Shown here one piece after another: positions 55,109-64,000 of a DNA stretch of 64,000 bases; position 1 is the first letter of the stretch; each line of letters opens with the position of its first letter. This DNA comes from a bacterium (lineage in GTDB: Bacteria > Desulfobacterota > DSWW01). Both the position numbers and the translations under genes were made by a program. The stretch lies in assembly GCA_040756235.1 (NCBI GenBank), contig JBFLZG010000062.1:64001-128000 (forward strand), in the 5' to 3' direction. The notes below the pieces were generated by a model. The model was given only the letters and a program-made list of their open reading frames with translations. It ran no database searches and was not told the origin of the DNA.

Positions 55109-57018
55109 GCTCGACCGTCCTCTGCGGGAGAGTCTGTTTCCGGGGGGGCGCCCCCGCTCCCGTCTCGTAGTTGAAGGATGAGGTCCATGAGCTCCGCCCT
55201 GGTCTTGCGGAACTCGCTCAGCGGGACAAGCAGGTCGATCCGCCGCCCGTCGACGACGAGACTCCTGTAGGGAGAGAGCATGGAGACGAGCCGGGACCTC
55301 GTTCGTCTTCCGATTTCCGGCGACTTCTGCTCCAGAGCGCGCACCAGGCTCTCGGCGAGCTCGCAATAACGCAGGTCGTTCACACCCTCTCGGACAGCCT
55401 CCCACCAGTACGTCGCCGCCATGCCCTCCTGCAGAGGATAGGCGATGACCGGGTCCGGGCCGTCCTCGTCCGTGAACGCATTCCCTCTGGGCCGGAACAG
55501 GGTCCAGGCGCTCGCCCCGTCCAGATGGCTGTTGAACAGATAGAAGCCGAACAGCAGCCTCGCGAAGAAGGGAGACTTTAGGTATCCGAGTGGGAGGTAG
55601 TAGGTTTCGAGCCACGGGTGCTTCGAACGAGGTTTCCCGTCCTGGCCGAGGGCTCCCTCTGCGTATTCGCGCTGCAACACCGAGACGTATTCGAAAAGGG
55701 CCTCGTTACCGCTCCCTTCCTCCCCGTTGTCGCCGGGCCCGCGGGCCCGTTCCGGTTCCGTTCGCTCGTCCGTTGCGCGGCCCCGGAGTCGTTGGGATGG
55801 CCGCGAGGGACTCTCCTGCGGCTCGAGCAGAATGTCCCCGGAGGGCGTGCGGCTCCGGCTTCTGCCGAGGCGCTGGAGACCGAGGCCGTAGCTTGCCCAG
55901 TCCAGGGGCTCCACCACGCCCTCGATTCCGTAGGGGCGCAGCTCCCGGTAGACGCGGCTCTCGGGCTGGGCCAGCTCGATCGCGAGCGGGTAGAGGATCG
56001 AAGTCGTGACGCGGCCTCCCATGCCGTGGATCTGCCTGGAGAGACGCACCTGCTCGGCCATTCTGGACCAGGATCCGGGGCCGCTGCGCCCCTTGGGCTG
56101 GGGCTCGTCCACCCCGTAGAAGTACTGTGCGAGTCGGCCGGCCGCGGGAGCCGCTTCCTCGACTGTTCGAGGAAGGTCCGCCTGGATGAGGTGAGTGAAC
56201 CCGAGCTCCTCCAGCAAAGGAAGGACCTTGTCCCTTTCGCCCCGTGCTACGGTGCCCTTGAGGCGCGTCGCCGTCATCCCGTGGGCGGCCTGGTCCCGCA
56301 GGGAAGGCTCGAAGTGCGGGTCGGAAGGAGCGCCGAAGTCGTTGGCCACGCTCAGCACCTTGCCGGGAGGAGCCAGGGTGAAAGGGAGGACTTCGATCTC
56401 GAGGGCAACGCTGGTGAGTACCTCCCCGGAGCTTGCAACCAGCTCGATCGTGCCGCGGTGCGTGCCGACGTGGAGCGCGGGAGGGATGGTGGCCCGGACC
56501 AGCACGTACCGGGTCGGGTGAGCATCGAAGAGGACCGTGATGCCGTCCTGGGGAGGTTGCGAGAGGAATCGTTCGCCTCTCAGGTCCCGGAGCTGCGTTT
56601 CGAACCGCGGCTCGTCGCGGATGAGAATGTCCGGATAGGACGCGCTCCGCTTCTGCAGGGCCTCGCGGCCCAGCATGGCCTCCATGTACCGGTTGGAGCG
56701 CTTCAGCCCCCGGATGAGGAAGAGCTCGAGCTGCGGGACAGAACGTCCGTCCGGCCCGCTCGCGACCCGGGCCCGAACGGTCGCCTTCGGCGAGGGAGCG
56801 CGGACCGCCAGAACGGCCACGGTCGACACTTCTCCGCGCGCAAGGCGTGCGCGCAGCACGCCGGAGGGATCCGTGGGCAGCAGGTTCGGGGGATCACCTT
56901 CCTCGGGCAGCTCGATCGCAAAAGGCTCGATCAGCCGGGCACCCGGCAGTGTCGAAGGCGCCGGGGTCTCTTGCCCTGCGAGGAGCAGAGCGGCCAGGAG
57001 CAGGCTAGTGGCGAACAT
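55105..57018 (-). CDS. Secreted hypothetical protein, possibly glycoside-hydrolase-like
   Basis: Signal peptide; YFYGVDEP and WEAVREGVNDLRY resemble DUF4091/GH123-like proteins. Confidence 0.7.
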   Translation of the reverse strand: MFATSLLLAALLLAGQETPAPSTLPGARLIEPFAIELPEEGDPPNLLPTDPSGVLRARLARGEVSTVAVLAVRAPSPKATVRARVASGPDGRSVPQLELFLIRGLKRSNRYMEAMLGREALQKRSASYPDILIRDEPRFETQLRDLRGERFLSQPPQDGITVLFDAHPTRYVLVRATIPPALHVGTHRGTIELVASSGEVLTSVALEIEVLPFTLAPPGKVLSVANDFGAPSDPHFEPSLRDQAAHGMTATRLKGTVARGERDKVLPLLEELGFTHLIQADLPRTVEEAAPAAGRLAQYFYGVDEPQPKGRSGPGSWSRMAEQVRLSRQIHGMGGRVTTSILYPLAIELAQPESRVYRELRPYGIEGVVEPLDWASYGLGLQRLGRSRSRTPSGDILLEPQESPSRPSQRLRGRATDERTEPERARGPGDNGEEGSGNEALFEYVSVLQREYAEGALGQDGKPRSKHPWLETYYLPLGYLKSPFFARLLFGFYLFNSHLDGASAWTLFRPRGNAFTDEDGPDPVIAYPLQEGMAATYWWEAVREGVNDLRYCELAESLVRALEQKSPEIGRRTRSRLVSMLSPYRSLVVDGRRIDLLVPLSEFRKTRAELMDLILQLRDGSGGAPPETDSPAEDGRA

Positions 57019-57041
57019 GCAACCGATCCTCGCGCCGGCTC

Positions 57042-58442
57042 CTAGAGATACCCGAACTGCTTGAGCCGTTCCAGGATGATTTCATCGCATTCGGGTTCAA
57101 TCTCTCCCCCGTGAGGCTGCTGGATCCCGGAGAGCCACGCGTTGAGCCGTGCTTGCATCGATCCGGCCAGTTCCTCGTCCCGGTCGATCAGATTGCGGTT
57201 TTCACCGGGATCTTTCTGTAGGTCATACAGCTCGTGGCGGCCATCCGAGGCCCAGATGTACTTGCGGGTGTCGGTGCGCAAGGATCGCAGCCTGCGATCG
57301 TATCTGGAGCAGTCATAGCTCGGGTAGAGCCGGCGGATGCGCCGGAGATTGGGACAGGGTTCCTCCGAGACGGCAAAAGGGAGCGGGTTGCGGGAGACTT
57401 CCTCGGGCACGAGCGAGCGCCCGCGCAAATCGTTGGGAAGGTCGCTGCGGCTCGCGCCGACGACGTCCAGCACCGTCGTGAAGAGCTCGTGGGTCTGGAC
57501 CAGCGAGTCGACCCGCACGTTGCGCAGGCGGCGGCTGTCCGGGAAATGGATGATCAGCGGAACGTGAAGGAGGGTGTCGTAGAGACAGTACTGGTGGGCC
57601 ATCAGACCGTGGTCGCCCAGGTTCTCCCCGTGATCGGAGGTGATCATGACGAGGGCGTCGTCCAGGGAGGTCTCGCGACCGAGGAGCGCCAGCAATTCGC
57701 CGATGCGCTGGTCCATGCAAGCGATCTGACTGTCGTAACGGCGCTGGACGAGGTCCTGCTCGGCCTCGGTCATGCCCTTGCCCTGAACGATGAAGCGGTG
57801 CGGATCGCGGTGGAGTCTCTCGGCGGCCTTGGCCTGGGCGCCGAGGAAACGCCTGGCTTCCCGGTGGACGAAGTGAGGGAGATGGGGATCGCTGAGCAAC
57901 ACGAACAGGAAGAAGGGTCTGTCTTTGCGCCGTACGCCGGAGAGCCACGCCCGGACCCACGCGAGGGTGCTTTTGCTGGCCCGGCCGTTGCGGCTGGAGT
58001 AGGTCTTCTCGATGACCTTGGCACCCAGGCGTCCGGCCCGGCCGAGCCTGGCCATGCGATCGGCCAGAGGGGAACGGAGTCGGTAGGTCTCGAACCCCCG
58101 GTTGAATCCGAAGACAGGATCGAGCCAGGCGTTGCAGCAGAAGCCGGCGGTCTGATAGCCCTCGTTACGGAGCTTCTCGGCCAGGGTCTGAAACCGGGCG
58201 CTCAGGACCTGGTTTCCGAAATGGGTCCCGTGCTGGGACGGGTACAGGCCGGTGAACATCGAGGCGTGAGAGGGCAGGGTCCAGCAGGCCGGCGAGATCG
58301 ATCGTTCGTAGAGGACGCTGTTCTCGGCCAGACCGTCGAGGTTGGGCGTGGTCGGGCGCACGTGGCCGTAACTCGAGAGATGATCGGCACGGGTGGCGTC
58401 CATGGAAACCAGCACGATGTCGGGTCGGTTCTTGCTCGGCAT
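57042..58442 (-). CDS. Sulfatase-like alkaline-phosphatase-superfamily enzyme (Thr at the nucleophile position)
   Basis: DATRADH, WTLPSHASMFTG, DPHLP, TSDHGE, ELYDL.KDPGE, LKQFGYL. Confidence 0.92.
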   Translation of the reverse strand: MPSKNRPDIVLVSMDATRADHLSSYGHVRPTTPNLDGLAENSVLYERSISPACWTLPSHASMFTGLYPSQHGTHFGNQVLSARFQTLAEKLRNEGYQTAGFCCNAWLDPVFGFNRGFETYRLRSPLADRMARLGRAGRLGAKVIEKTYSSRNGRASKSTLAWVRAWLSGVRRKDRPFFLFVLLSDPHLPHFVHREARRFLGAQAKAAERLHRDPHRFIVQGKGMTEAEQDLVQRRYDSQIACMDQRIGELLALLGRETSLDDALVMITSDHGENLGDHGLMAHQYCLYDTLLHVPLIIHFPDSRRLRNVRVDSLVQTHELFTTVLDVVGASRSDLPNDLRGRSLVPEEVSRNPLPFAVSEEPCPNLRRIRRLYPSYDCSRYDRRLRSLRTDTRKYIWASDGRHELYDLQKDPGENRNLIDRDEELAGSMQARLNAWLSGIQQPHGGEIEPECDEIILERLKQFGYL

Positions 58443-58450
58443 GCTATCCC

Positions 58451-59101
58451 TCAATCGAACCAGCGGATCACCTGATAGGCCTCCGCGAAGGCGCACCCCG
58501 CTTCCAGCCCGCGCTGCCGCGCTTTGATCTCGAGGGCCTCGACCGAGTAAGGGTGCGGGAACGGACGGGCCTCGTTGGCGTAGCAGGCAAAGGCCCTCTT
58601 CTTGGCCTCGATGGTGCGTGAGACGTCCACGTAGTAATTGGCCTGAAAGGCGCGCCCGTGGTATTCGGCGCTGTTGATGATTTCGCAGCCGAGGACCTTG
58701 AGCCGCCGCGACAGAGGCCTTGCATGGATCAGGGCGATCTCGTGGATGACCCGGTGATCGCGGTTGAGATCGTCGGCGCAGTGGGTGAGCATGAGCTCCG
58801 GCTCCAGGTCCAGGGCACCGAGCTTGTCCGCGATCTCCCGGGTCGGATAGCCCTCGAACCTCTGGTCTTCGAGATCCAGGTAGTGCAGCTGCTGGATTCC
58901 CAGAGCGGCGGCTGCCCGGGCCGCATCGGCGCGGTTGTCCACCTCTCGGCCTTCTCTGCGAAAGCGCGCGCAGGAGGCGATCACCGCGACCACCTGGAAC
59001 CCCCTGGCGGCGAGCAGGGGGATGTAGCCTCCGCAGCCGATCGTCTCGTCATCCGCATGGGCGACGAATACCAGGACCTGTGGTGCCCGTTGCTCGCTCA
59101 T
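58451..59101 (-). CDS. PIG-L/LmbE-family deacetylase
   Basis: VAHADDETIGCGG, DLNRDH, K..A..CY..E.RPFPHP.S, AEAY. Confidence 0.92.
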   Translation of the reverse strand: MSEQRAPQVLVFVAHADDETIGCGGYIPLLAARGFQVVAVIASCARFRREGREVDNRADAARAAAALGIQQLHYLDLEDQRFEGYPTREIADKLGALDLEPELMLTHCADDLNRDHRVIHEIALIHARPLSRRLKVLGCEIINSAEYHGRAFQANYYVDVSRTIEAKKRAFACYANEARPFPHPYSVEALEIKARQRGLEAGCAFAEAYQVIRWFD

Positions 59102-59102
59102 T

Positions 59103-60080
59103 TCAGTATACGTCCGAGTCTCCCATGGTGATGTACCAGTTGGCCGGGTCGCGGATCTCGTCCGGGTCGCCGCCGAAGGCGGCGGAAACCCGAGCGAAGA
59201 ATGTCCTGTCCTGGGGGTCCGGGTCAAATCCGTGCTCCCGCAGCACGCCGTGGAGAGGTGCGTGCCGGGGCATCCAGCACGACAGGCTGTTCGCGCCTGC
59301 CCGCTCGGAGAGGGAGACGGCCTGCCGCACCAGCGCTGCCATGGCATCCTGGTCCTCGGGGTCGGTCCAAACATCCACGATATGCGAGCCGGCAGGTGCG
59401 TCGGCCCTGTGGTAGTCCTTGTAGATCAGGTAGCCGACCAGCTCTCCGGCCCTGAAGGCCGCCCAGGGCAGGTACACATCGCCCGGTTTCTTCCGGTAGC
59501 GCCAGGACAGGTAAGCCCGATCCCGGACCAGGGCGAAGCGGAATGCCTCCCGCAAGCTGTCGCAGAGTCGGTCGATCCCGCCCGAGACCCCGTCCCACCT
59601 TTCGACGCGCACGCCGTCCAGCTTACCGGAGCGCAGCCCGGGGCGGGCGGATCTCACGAGATGCGGGACTTTCATGACCGGATGCCACTGGGTCTTGGCG
59701 ATGTGCCCGGCCGACTTGTCATTGGGAAAGACGTAGGCGAGAGAGTGGTCGCTCGCGCAGAAAGCCTGCAGGGCCATCTCTTTCATGCTCGCATGCAGAC
59801 CCCGGTGGCGGAATTCGGGGTGGGTCATGGTGTCGACCCAGAGGACCGCCTTGGCCTTGCGGCGGTTGATGTGCCAGTCGAAAGGGAGTGCGCCGGTGTG
59901 GCTGATCACTCGTCCGTCCAGCTCGGCGATCCAGGCCTGGCCCGGGCCTCCCGGGCACTCCGGGTACTCCCAGGTCCACCTCTGCAAGGTGTAGGGGGTA
60001 TGGGGCTGGACGAGGCGGATCAGGGAAAGGATGCCGTCCAAGTCGGAGATGCGATAAGGCCTCAGGGTCCACGCGTCCAT
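59103..60080 (-). CDS. GNAT-family acyltransferase (two-domain)
   Basis: W.WEY...P.G, DTMTHPEFRHRG, YVFPN, RDRAYLSWRY, GDSDVY. Confidence 0.88.
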   Translation of the reverse strand: MDAWTLRPYRISDLDGILSLIRLVQPHTPYTLQRWTWEYPECPGGPGQAWIAELDGRVISHTGALPFDWHINRRKAKAVLWVDTMTHPEFRHRGLHASMKEMALQAFCASDHSLAYVFPNDKSAGHIAKTQWHPVMKVPHLVRSARPGLRSGKLDGVRVERWDGVSGGIDRLCDSLREAFRFALVRDRAYLSWRYRKKPGDVYLPWAAFRAGELVGYLIYKDYHRADAPAGSHIVDVWTDPEDQDAMAALVRQAVSLSERAGANSLSCWMPRHAPLHGVLREHGFDPDPQDRTFFARVSAAFGGDPDEIRDPANWYITMGDSDVY

Positions 60081-60703
60081 CACACCTGTTCCTCTCGATC
60101 CGTCCGGTCCCTCAGAAATCCGGACAGGGTCCGGGTCAGTATCTTGAGATCCAGCCACAGCGATCGGCTGCACACGTACTGCAGATCGGCTTCGAGCTTG
60201 CGCGGGAGCGAGATCTCCACATAGTGTCGCTCCCACTCGGGTCCTCCGTCGATGTTCTCTTCGTGGAACCGCTTCAGCGTGACCCAGGAAAGACCGGTCA
60301 TGCCGGGAGGGACGTCCAGAAGCCGGCCGTAGCGGCCCTGGAACAGATCCCGGTACTTCGGATCCTCCGCGCGCGGTCCCACCAGGCTCATCTCTCCCTT
60401 GAGAACGTTGAGGAGCTGGGGCAGCTCATCCATCTTCGTCTGGCGCAGGGTCCGACCGATTCGCGTGATCCTCGAATCTCCCTGGTAGGTAACCGGAGGG
60501 CCTTTCTTCTCGGCATCCTCCACCATGGTCCTGAATTTCAGGATGCGGAATTCCTTCCCCCCCCTTCCGATCCGTCGGCCACGATAGAGGATGGGGCCGG
60601 GAGAGTCGAGCTTGACGAGGAGCGCGATGGTCGCCATGAGCGGTAAGGCCCCGACTAGCACGAGGGCGCTCGCAAGGAGGTCGAAAAGCCTCTTGACGGT
60701 CAT
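60080..60703 (-). CDS. Initiating sugar transferase (Bac_transf, polyprenyl-phosphate phosphoglycosyl transferase)
   Basis: [36 protein letters not shown]. Confidence 0.95.
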   Translation of the reverse strand: MTVKRLFDLLASALVLVGALPLMATIALLVKLDSPGPILYRGRRIGRGGKEFRILKFRTMVEDAEKKGPPVTYQGDSRITRIGRTLRQTKMDELPQLLNVLKGEMSLVGPRAEDPKYRDLFQGRYGRLLDVPPGMTGLSWVTLKRFHEENIDGGPEWERHYVEISLPRKLEADLQYVCSRSLWLDLKILTRTLSGFLRDRTDREEQV

Positions 60704-60837
60704 GGTGTCCTCGAGGGACCGAGGCACCCGGAGCCGTGTGCCGCGCCCGGGCGCCGGGCGATCCGGGGATCTTGCGGAGAACGGTGTCCGCAACGACCGG
60801 GGCCCGCATGGCTCGTCGCGCCAGGGCTCTGCATGCA

Positions 60838-62064
60838 TCACGCCGGACTCTCGACCCAGGTGGTCGGCACGGGTTTGATCAGCGCCTCCCAGTCGACCTG
60901 CGGTCTCTTGCGGCGCAGGAGCTCGCGGTACGCCCGGTCGGTCCTGACAAAGAAGGCTCTCTCGTCCATCATCTGCTCGGCTTTCGCGCGTCCGGCCCTG
61001 CCCATGGCGTCTGCCTGCGCGTCGTCGGACAGGACGGTGCGGATGGCATGCGCCAAGCGGGTCGGGTCCTTCGCGGGCACGAGCAGGCCGTTGACGCCGT
61101 CCTCGACGATCTCCCGGGTCCCCCGGACGTCGGTCGCCACGACCGGTTTGCCGAGGGCGCACGCCTCCATCACGTTGCGCGGGATGCCCTCCGCATAGGA
61201 CGGAGAAACCAGCAGGTCGATGGCGCTCATCAGATCCGGGATGTCGTGGCGCAAGCCGAGAAAGCGCAGGTAACCGTCGAGGCCGTGCTCCCCCAGGAGC
61301 CGCATGGGATCGACGGCTCCCTTCTTGCAGTGGGTCGCGCCGGCTGCGAGGAACACCGCCGGAAAGCCCTGTTCCTTGAGGATCCTGGCCGCTTCGAAGT
61401 ACTCGTAAAATCCCTTTTCCCGGACGAGCCTGCCGACCATGGCCACGACCTTGCTGCCCGGCGGGATTCCCAGCTCCCGGCGTTTGGCCCCGACGAGCTC
61501 CGGGGTGACCCGGGACGGGTGAAAGACCCGGGTATCGATGCCGTTGCCCAGGTAGCGGAGCTCTTCCGGCCGGGCGATCTTCATGCGGATGGCGGTCTGG
61601 ATGTCCTCCCGGTTCTGGCTGAGCAGCAGGTCGGAAAAGAGCGCGCCCACCCGTTCGATCATGCCGTAAAAGGAGACCTCCCGCGGGTGCATCTCGTCGT
61701 GGAAATGAAATCCGTGGATCGTGTAGAGGACCACCGGGACCCCTGCCAGTCTGGCCGCGATCCGCCCCAGAAGTCCCGGCTTGATGGTGTGGGCGTGAAC
61801 GATGTCGAAGCGCTCGGCACGGAAGTAACGGTACAGTTGGAGCAGGGTCTTCAAGTCTCGCAAGGGGGTGATCCGGGAAGGGAAGGGGATGACCTTCACG
61901 GGAATGCCGTCGGCCGTGACGGTGTCCTGCCGGATCAGGGTGCCCGGGTGCGTGACCGCATAGGTGCGATATCCCTGGTCCCGCAGGTAACGGATCATGT
62001 TGCGCGCGTGAACTTGCAGACCCAGATCGAAATTCGCGAGGTGGACGACTTTGATGCTTCTCAT
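60838..62064 (-). CDS. GT4-family glycosyltransferase
   Basis: HAHTIKPG, TIHGF, GNGID, GRLVREKG, EGIPRNVMEA. Confidence 0.95.
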   Translation of the reverse strand: MRSIKVVHLANFDLGLQVHARNMIRYLRDQGYRTYAVTHPGTLIRQDTVTADGIPVKVIPFPSRITPLRDLKTLLQLYRYFRAERFDIVHAHTIKPGLLGRIAARLAGVPVVLYTIHGFHFHDEMHPREVSFYGMIERVGALFSDLLLSQNREDIQTAIRMKIARPEELRYLGNGIDTRVFHPSRVTPELVGAKRRELGIPPGSKVVAMVGRLVREKGFYEYFEAARILKEQGFPAVFLAAGATHCKKGAVDPMRLLGEHGLDGYLRFLGLRHDIPDLMSAIDLLVSPSYAEGIPRNVMEACALGKPVVATDVRGTREIVEDGVNGLLVPAKDPTRLAHAIRTVLSDDAQADAMGRAGRAKAEQMMDERAFFVRTDRAYRELLRRKRPQVDWEALIKPVPTTWVESPA

Positions 62065-62153
62065 TTGCAGTCCTTTTGGGCAGCAGCTCGGACCGGGTGC
62101 CGAGGTTCCTCTTCAGTGCGTCTGGCGGATCCCTGCCGCCGGAGCCGGAGCGG

Positions 62154-63818
62154 TCAAGAGATGTAGCCGAGACTGCGGAGCCGGTCTTCGACCAGCGCCT
62201 TCTCATCCAGGGTGAAGACATGTTCCGAGCCCGCAGTCGCGGCCTTCGGCTCCTCATAGCGCAGAGGCCTCTCCTTCAGGATCCCGGGGAGGTAGGCCTT
62301 CTCCAGGACCCGACCGTCCAGGTCGGCAGGGATGGGCAGGTCCAGGAGGTGGAGGAGGGTGGGCAGGAGGTCGATGAGCCTGGCGCCCTCGATGGCCGCG
62401 CCCCTCGGGAAAGCCGGACCGAGGGCGAGGAAGAGGCCCCGCATGGAATGGGCGCCGCTGAACTCCACCTGGATGTCCGTCATGAGATCGTTGTGAATTC
62501 CGATGCCTCCGAAGTCTCCATACCGGTCCCGGTGCCACTCTATGTAGAGATCCGGGACAAGAGGGTTCATGAGGTCCGCCCCGAGCTCCTCCTTGCGGAG
62601 GACGCGGGCGACCATCGGTTCGCCGGTGAGAGGCTCTGTCAGCTCCCGAACGGCTCCGATGATGCGCTGGACCACGGCCTCGAAATCGGCGGGGTCGACG
62701 CAACCCTGCTCTTCTCTACCCTTGAGGTTGACATAGACCTGGCCCACGCCGCCGAACGGGAAGGCGGCCGACCTGGACCAGTCGATGGCGGAGCCCAGGG
62801 AAACGCGGTGGTTCGCCCGGATCCTCAGATCCTGGGGGACGAGCTTGCGGATGAGGTTCCGCAGGCGCGCCCTGGAGAGCAGGCCCATGAGGTTGGACGG
62901 GGTCAGACCCAGTCGAAACAGCCCCCTGCGCAGGGAGATCCGCCAATCGTTGCGGAAGTGCAGGAGGCCTCTTTCGAGAAACAGATTGTCGAGAAAGACG
63001 TGGCGCCAGTAGCCGCAGGAGCCGTGATCGGACATGAGGAGCAGCGTGTCGTTGCGGTCCAGCTTCTCCCAGATGCGGCGGATCATGTCGTCCATGAGCC
63101 GGTAATGGTCGAGCAGGACCTTCCCGTAGGCGGCGGCGGCGCGGGCGCGGTAGGCCGGATGCCCCGGGTCCTGACAGCGCCAGAAGGCATGGGAGAGGAT
63201 GTCGGTCCCGCGAAAGACGACCATGAAGAGATCCCAGTCCCTCTCCTTCATGAGACACAGGACGGCCTCGCCACGCTTCTTTTCGACGTTCTCGACCGCT
63301 TCGACGAAGCCGTTCTCGAGCCCCCTCCTGTACTTCTGCGTCCGTTCCACCTCATAGTCGAACCTCGAGAGGAGCTCTGTGCGGAGCTCTGCGGGATAGG
63401 TGAAGGCGCTCGCGCGGCTCGGCGTCTCCAGTCCCGTGACGATGAACCCGTTGACGGGCTGGGGGGGGTAAGTGCAGGGGACATTGACCATGCCGACCTT
63501 GAGCCCGTGCCGGGAGAGGAGGACCGGGAGGGTGTCCCCGAAGATGCGGGTCCGGTCGAACGGCTCGAAGGCGCAGGTCCCGACCCTTCTGACCCAGGAG
63601 AAGACGCCGTGCGAAGCAGGCCTCTTTCCGGTCTGGAACGACACCCACGCCGGCGTCGTCAGAGGGGGAACGACGGACTGCAGCTGGCCTCTAACCCCGT
63701 TCTCGAGGAGCCTCGCGAAGGTCGGCAGACGGCCCTCGGACACCCAAGGGTCGATGAGATCGTAGGTGGCGCCGTCCAGGCCTACGACAAAGATTCTTCC
63801 GTGCGGGGAACGGCCCAT
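62154..63818 (-). CDS. Alkaline-phosphatase-superfamily (NPP/phosphodiesterase-like) protein
   Basis: VGLDGAT, PPLTTPAWVSFQTG, D.L.H.FW, MSDHG, GAH, LRSLGYI. Confidence 0.92.
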   Translation of the reverse strand: MGRSPHGRIFVVGLDGATYDLIDPWVSEGRLPTFARLLENGVRGQLQSVVPPLTTPAWVSFQTGKRPASHGVFSWVRRVGTCAFEPFDRTRIFGDTLPVLLSRHGLKVGMVNVPCTYPPQPVNGFIVTGLETPSRASAFTYPAELRTELLSRFDYEVERTQKYRRGLENGFVEAVENVEKKRGEAVLCLMKERDWDLFMVVFRGTDILSHAFWRCQDPGHPAYRARAAAAYGKVLLDHYRLMDDMIRRIWEKLDRNDTLLLMSDHGSCGYWRHVFLDNLFLERGLLHFRNDWRISLRRGLFRLGLTPSNLMGLLSRARLRNLIRKLVPQDLRIRANHRVSLGSAIDWSRSAAFPFGGVGQVYVNLKGREEQGCVDPADFEAVVQRIIGAVRELTEPLTGEPMVARVLRKEELGADLMNPLVPDLYIEWHRDRYGDFGGIGIHNDLMTDIQVEFSGAHSMRGLFLALGPAFPRGAAIEGARLIDLLPTLLHLLDLPIPADLDGRVLEKAYLPGILKERPLRYEEPKAATAGSEHVFTLDEKALVEDRLRSLGYIS

Positions 63819-64000
63819 TCCAGGTTCCTTTGCGTCGGGGCTTCCGCGTACTTCTCGATGATTTCCTTGCCGCAGCTGCAGTTGGGCACGATCTCGTTGA
63901 GCTTGCGAATGATCCCCACCTCGTTGCGGTCGAACACCATCCTCTCGATCTCCAGGATCTCCTTTTCGATCCAGTCGAAATCGAAGCACAGACCGTTGGC
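63782..64000 (-). CDS. 3' end of a probable CapD/PglF-like NDP-sugar dehydratase (partial)
   Basis: Open frame from 64000: ...WIEKEILEIERMVFDRNEVGIIRKLNEIVPN..., resembling CapD C-termini; EPS context. Confidence 0.55.
   Translation of the reverse strand, partial: ANGLCFDFDWIEKEILEIERMVFDRNEVGIIRKLNEIVPNCSCGKEIIEKYAEAPTQRNLEWAVPRTEESLS

Noticed and set aside
84..63765. Many long antisense or alternate-frame ORFs (e.g. 5625..7523, 17003..18847, 37770..40286, 51674..54502)
   Set aside because: They shadow well-supported genes, lack motifs and RBSs, and are expected in GC-rich DNA with few off-frame stops
1..64000. tRNA, rRNA, integron attC sites, prophage or defence systems
   Set aside because: None recognised by eye; a small structured RNA could have been missed without covariance searches

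Overview
GC-rich bacterial chromosomal DNA, most consistent with a deltaproteobacterial (Desulfobacterota/Myxococcota-like) organism; this is inferred from gene content and repeat style, not determined. About 55 CDSs can be supported; no rRNA, tRNA, CRISPR array, transposase or phage genes were seen. From left to right: a patch of gene relics, a Cys-rich secreted protein, two orphan PAS histidine kinases around ubiX, secreted/lipoproteins, a three-gene cytochrome/heme-porin operon (16.5-18.7 kb), a NodIJ-like ABC exporter, a lipoprotein with 14-Cys repeats and a cupredoxin domain, a cluster of general-stress-type membrane proteins (DUF1328, YtxH, DUF883, DUF748, SYLF), gdhA, an rtcB-COG0523-archease-rpsD cluster next to an internally deleted MetE-like gene, and from about 44 kb to the end a Wzx/Wzy exopolysaccharide locus rich in modifying enzymes. 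A family of short inverted-repeat (MITE-like) elements is scattered between genes. The best candidates for an undescribed system are the rtcB-COG0523-archease-S4 cluster and the lipoprotein cytochrome/heme-porin/periplasmic cytochrome operon. All family calls are by motif recognition, without database searches, and many start codons were re-chosen by eye from RBS position.
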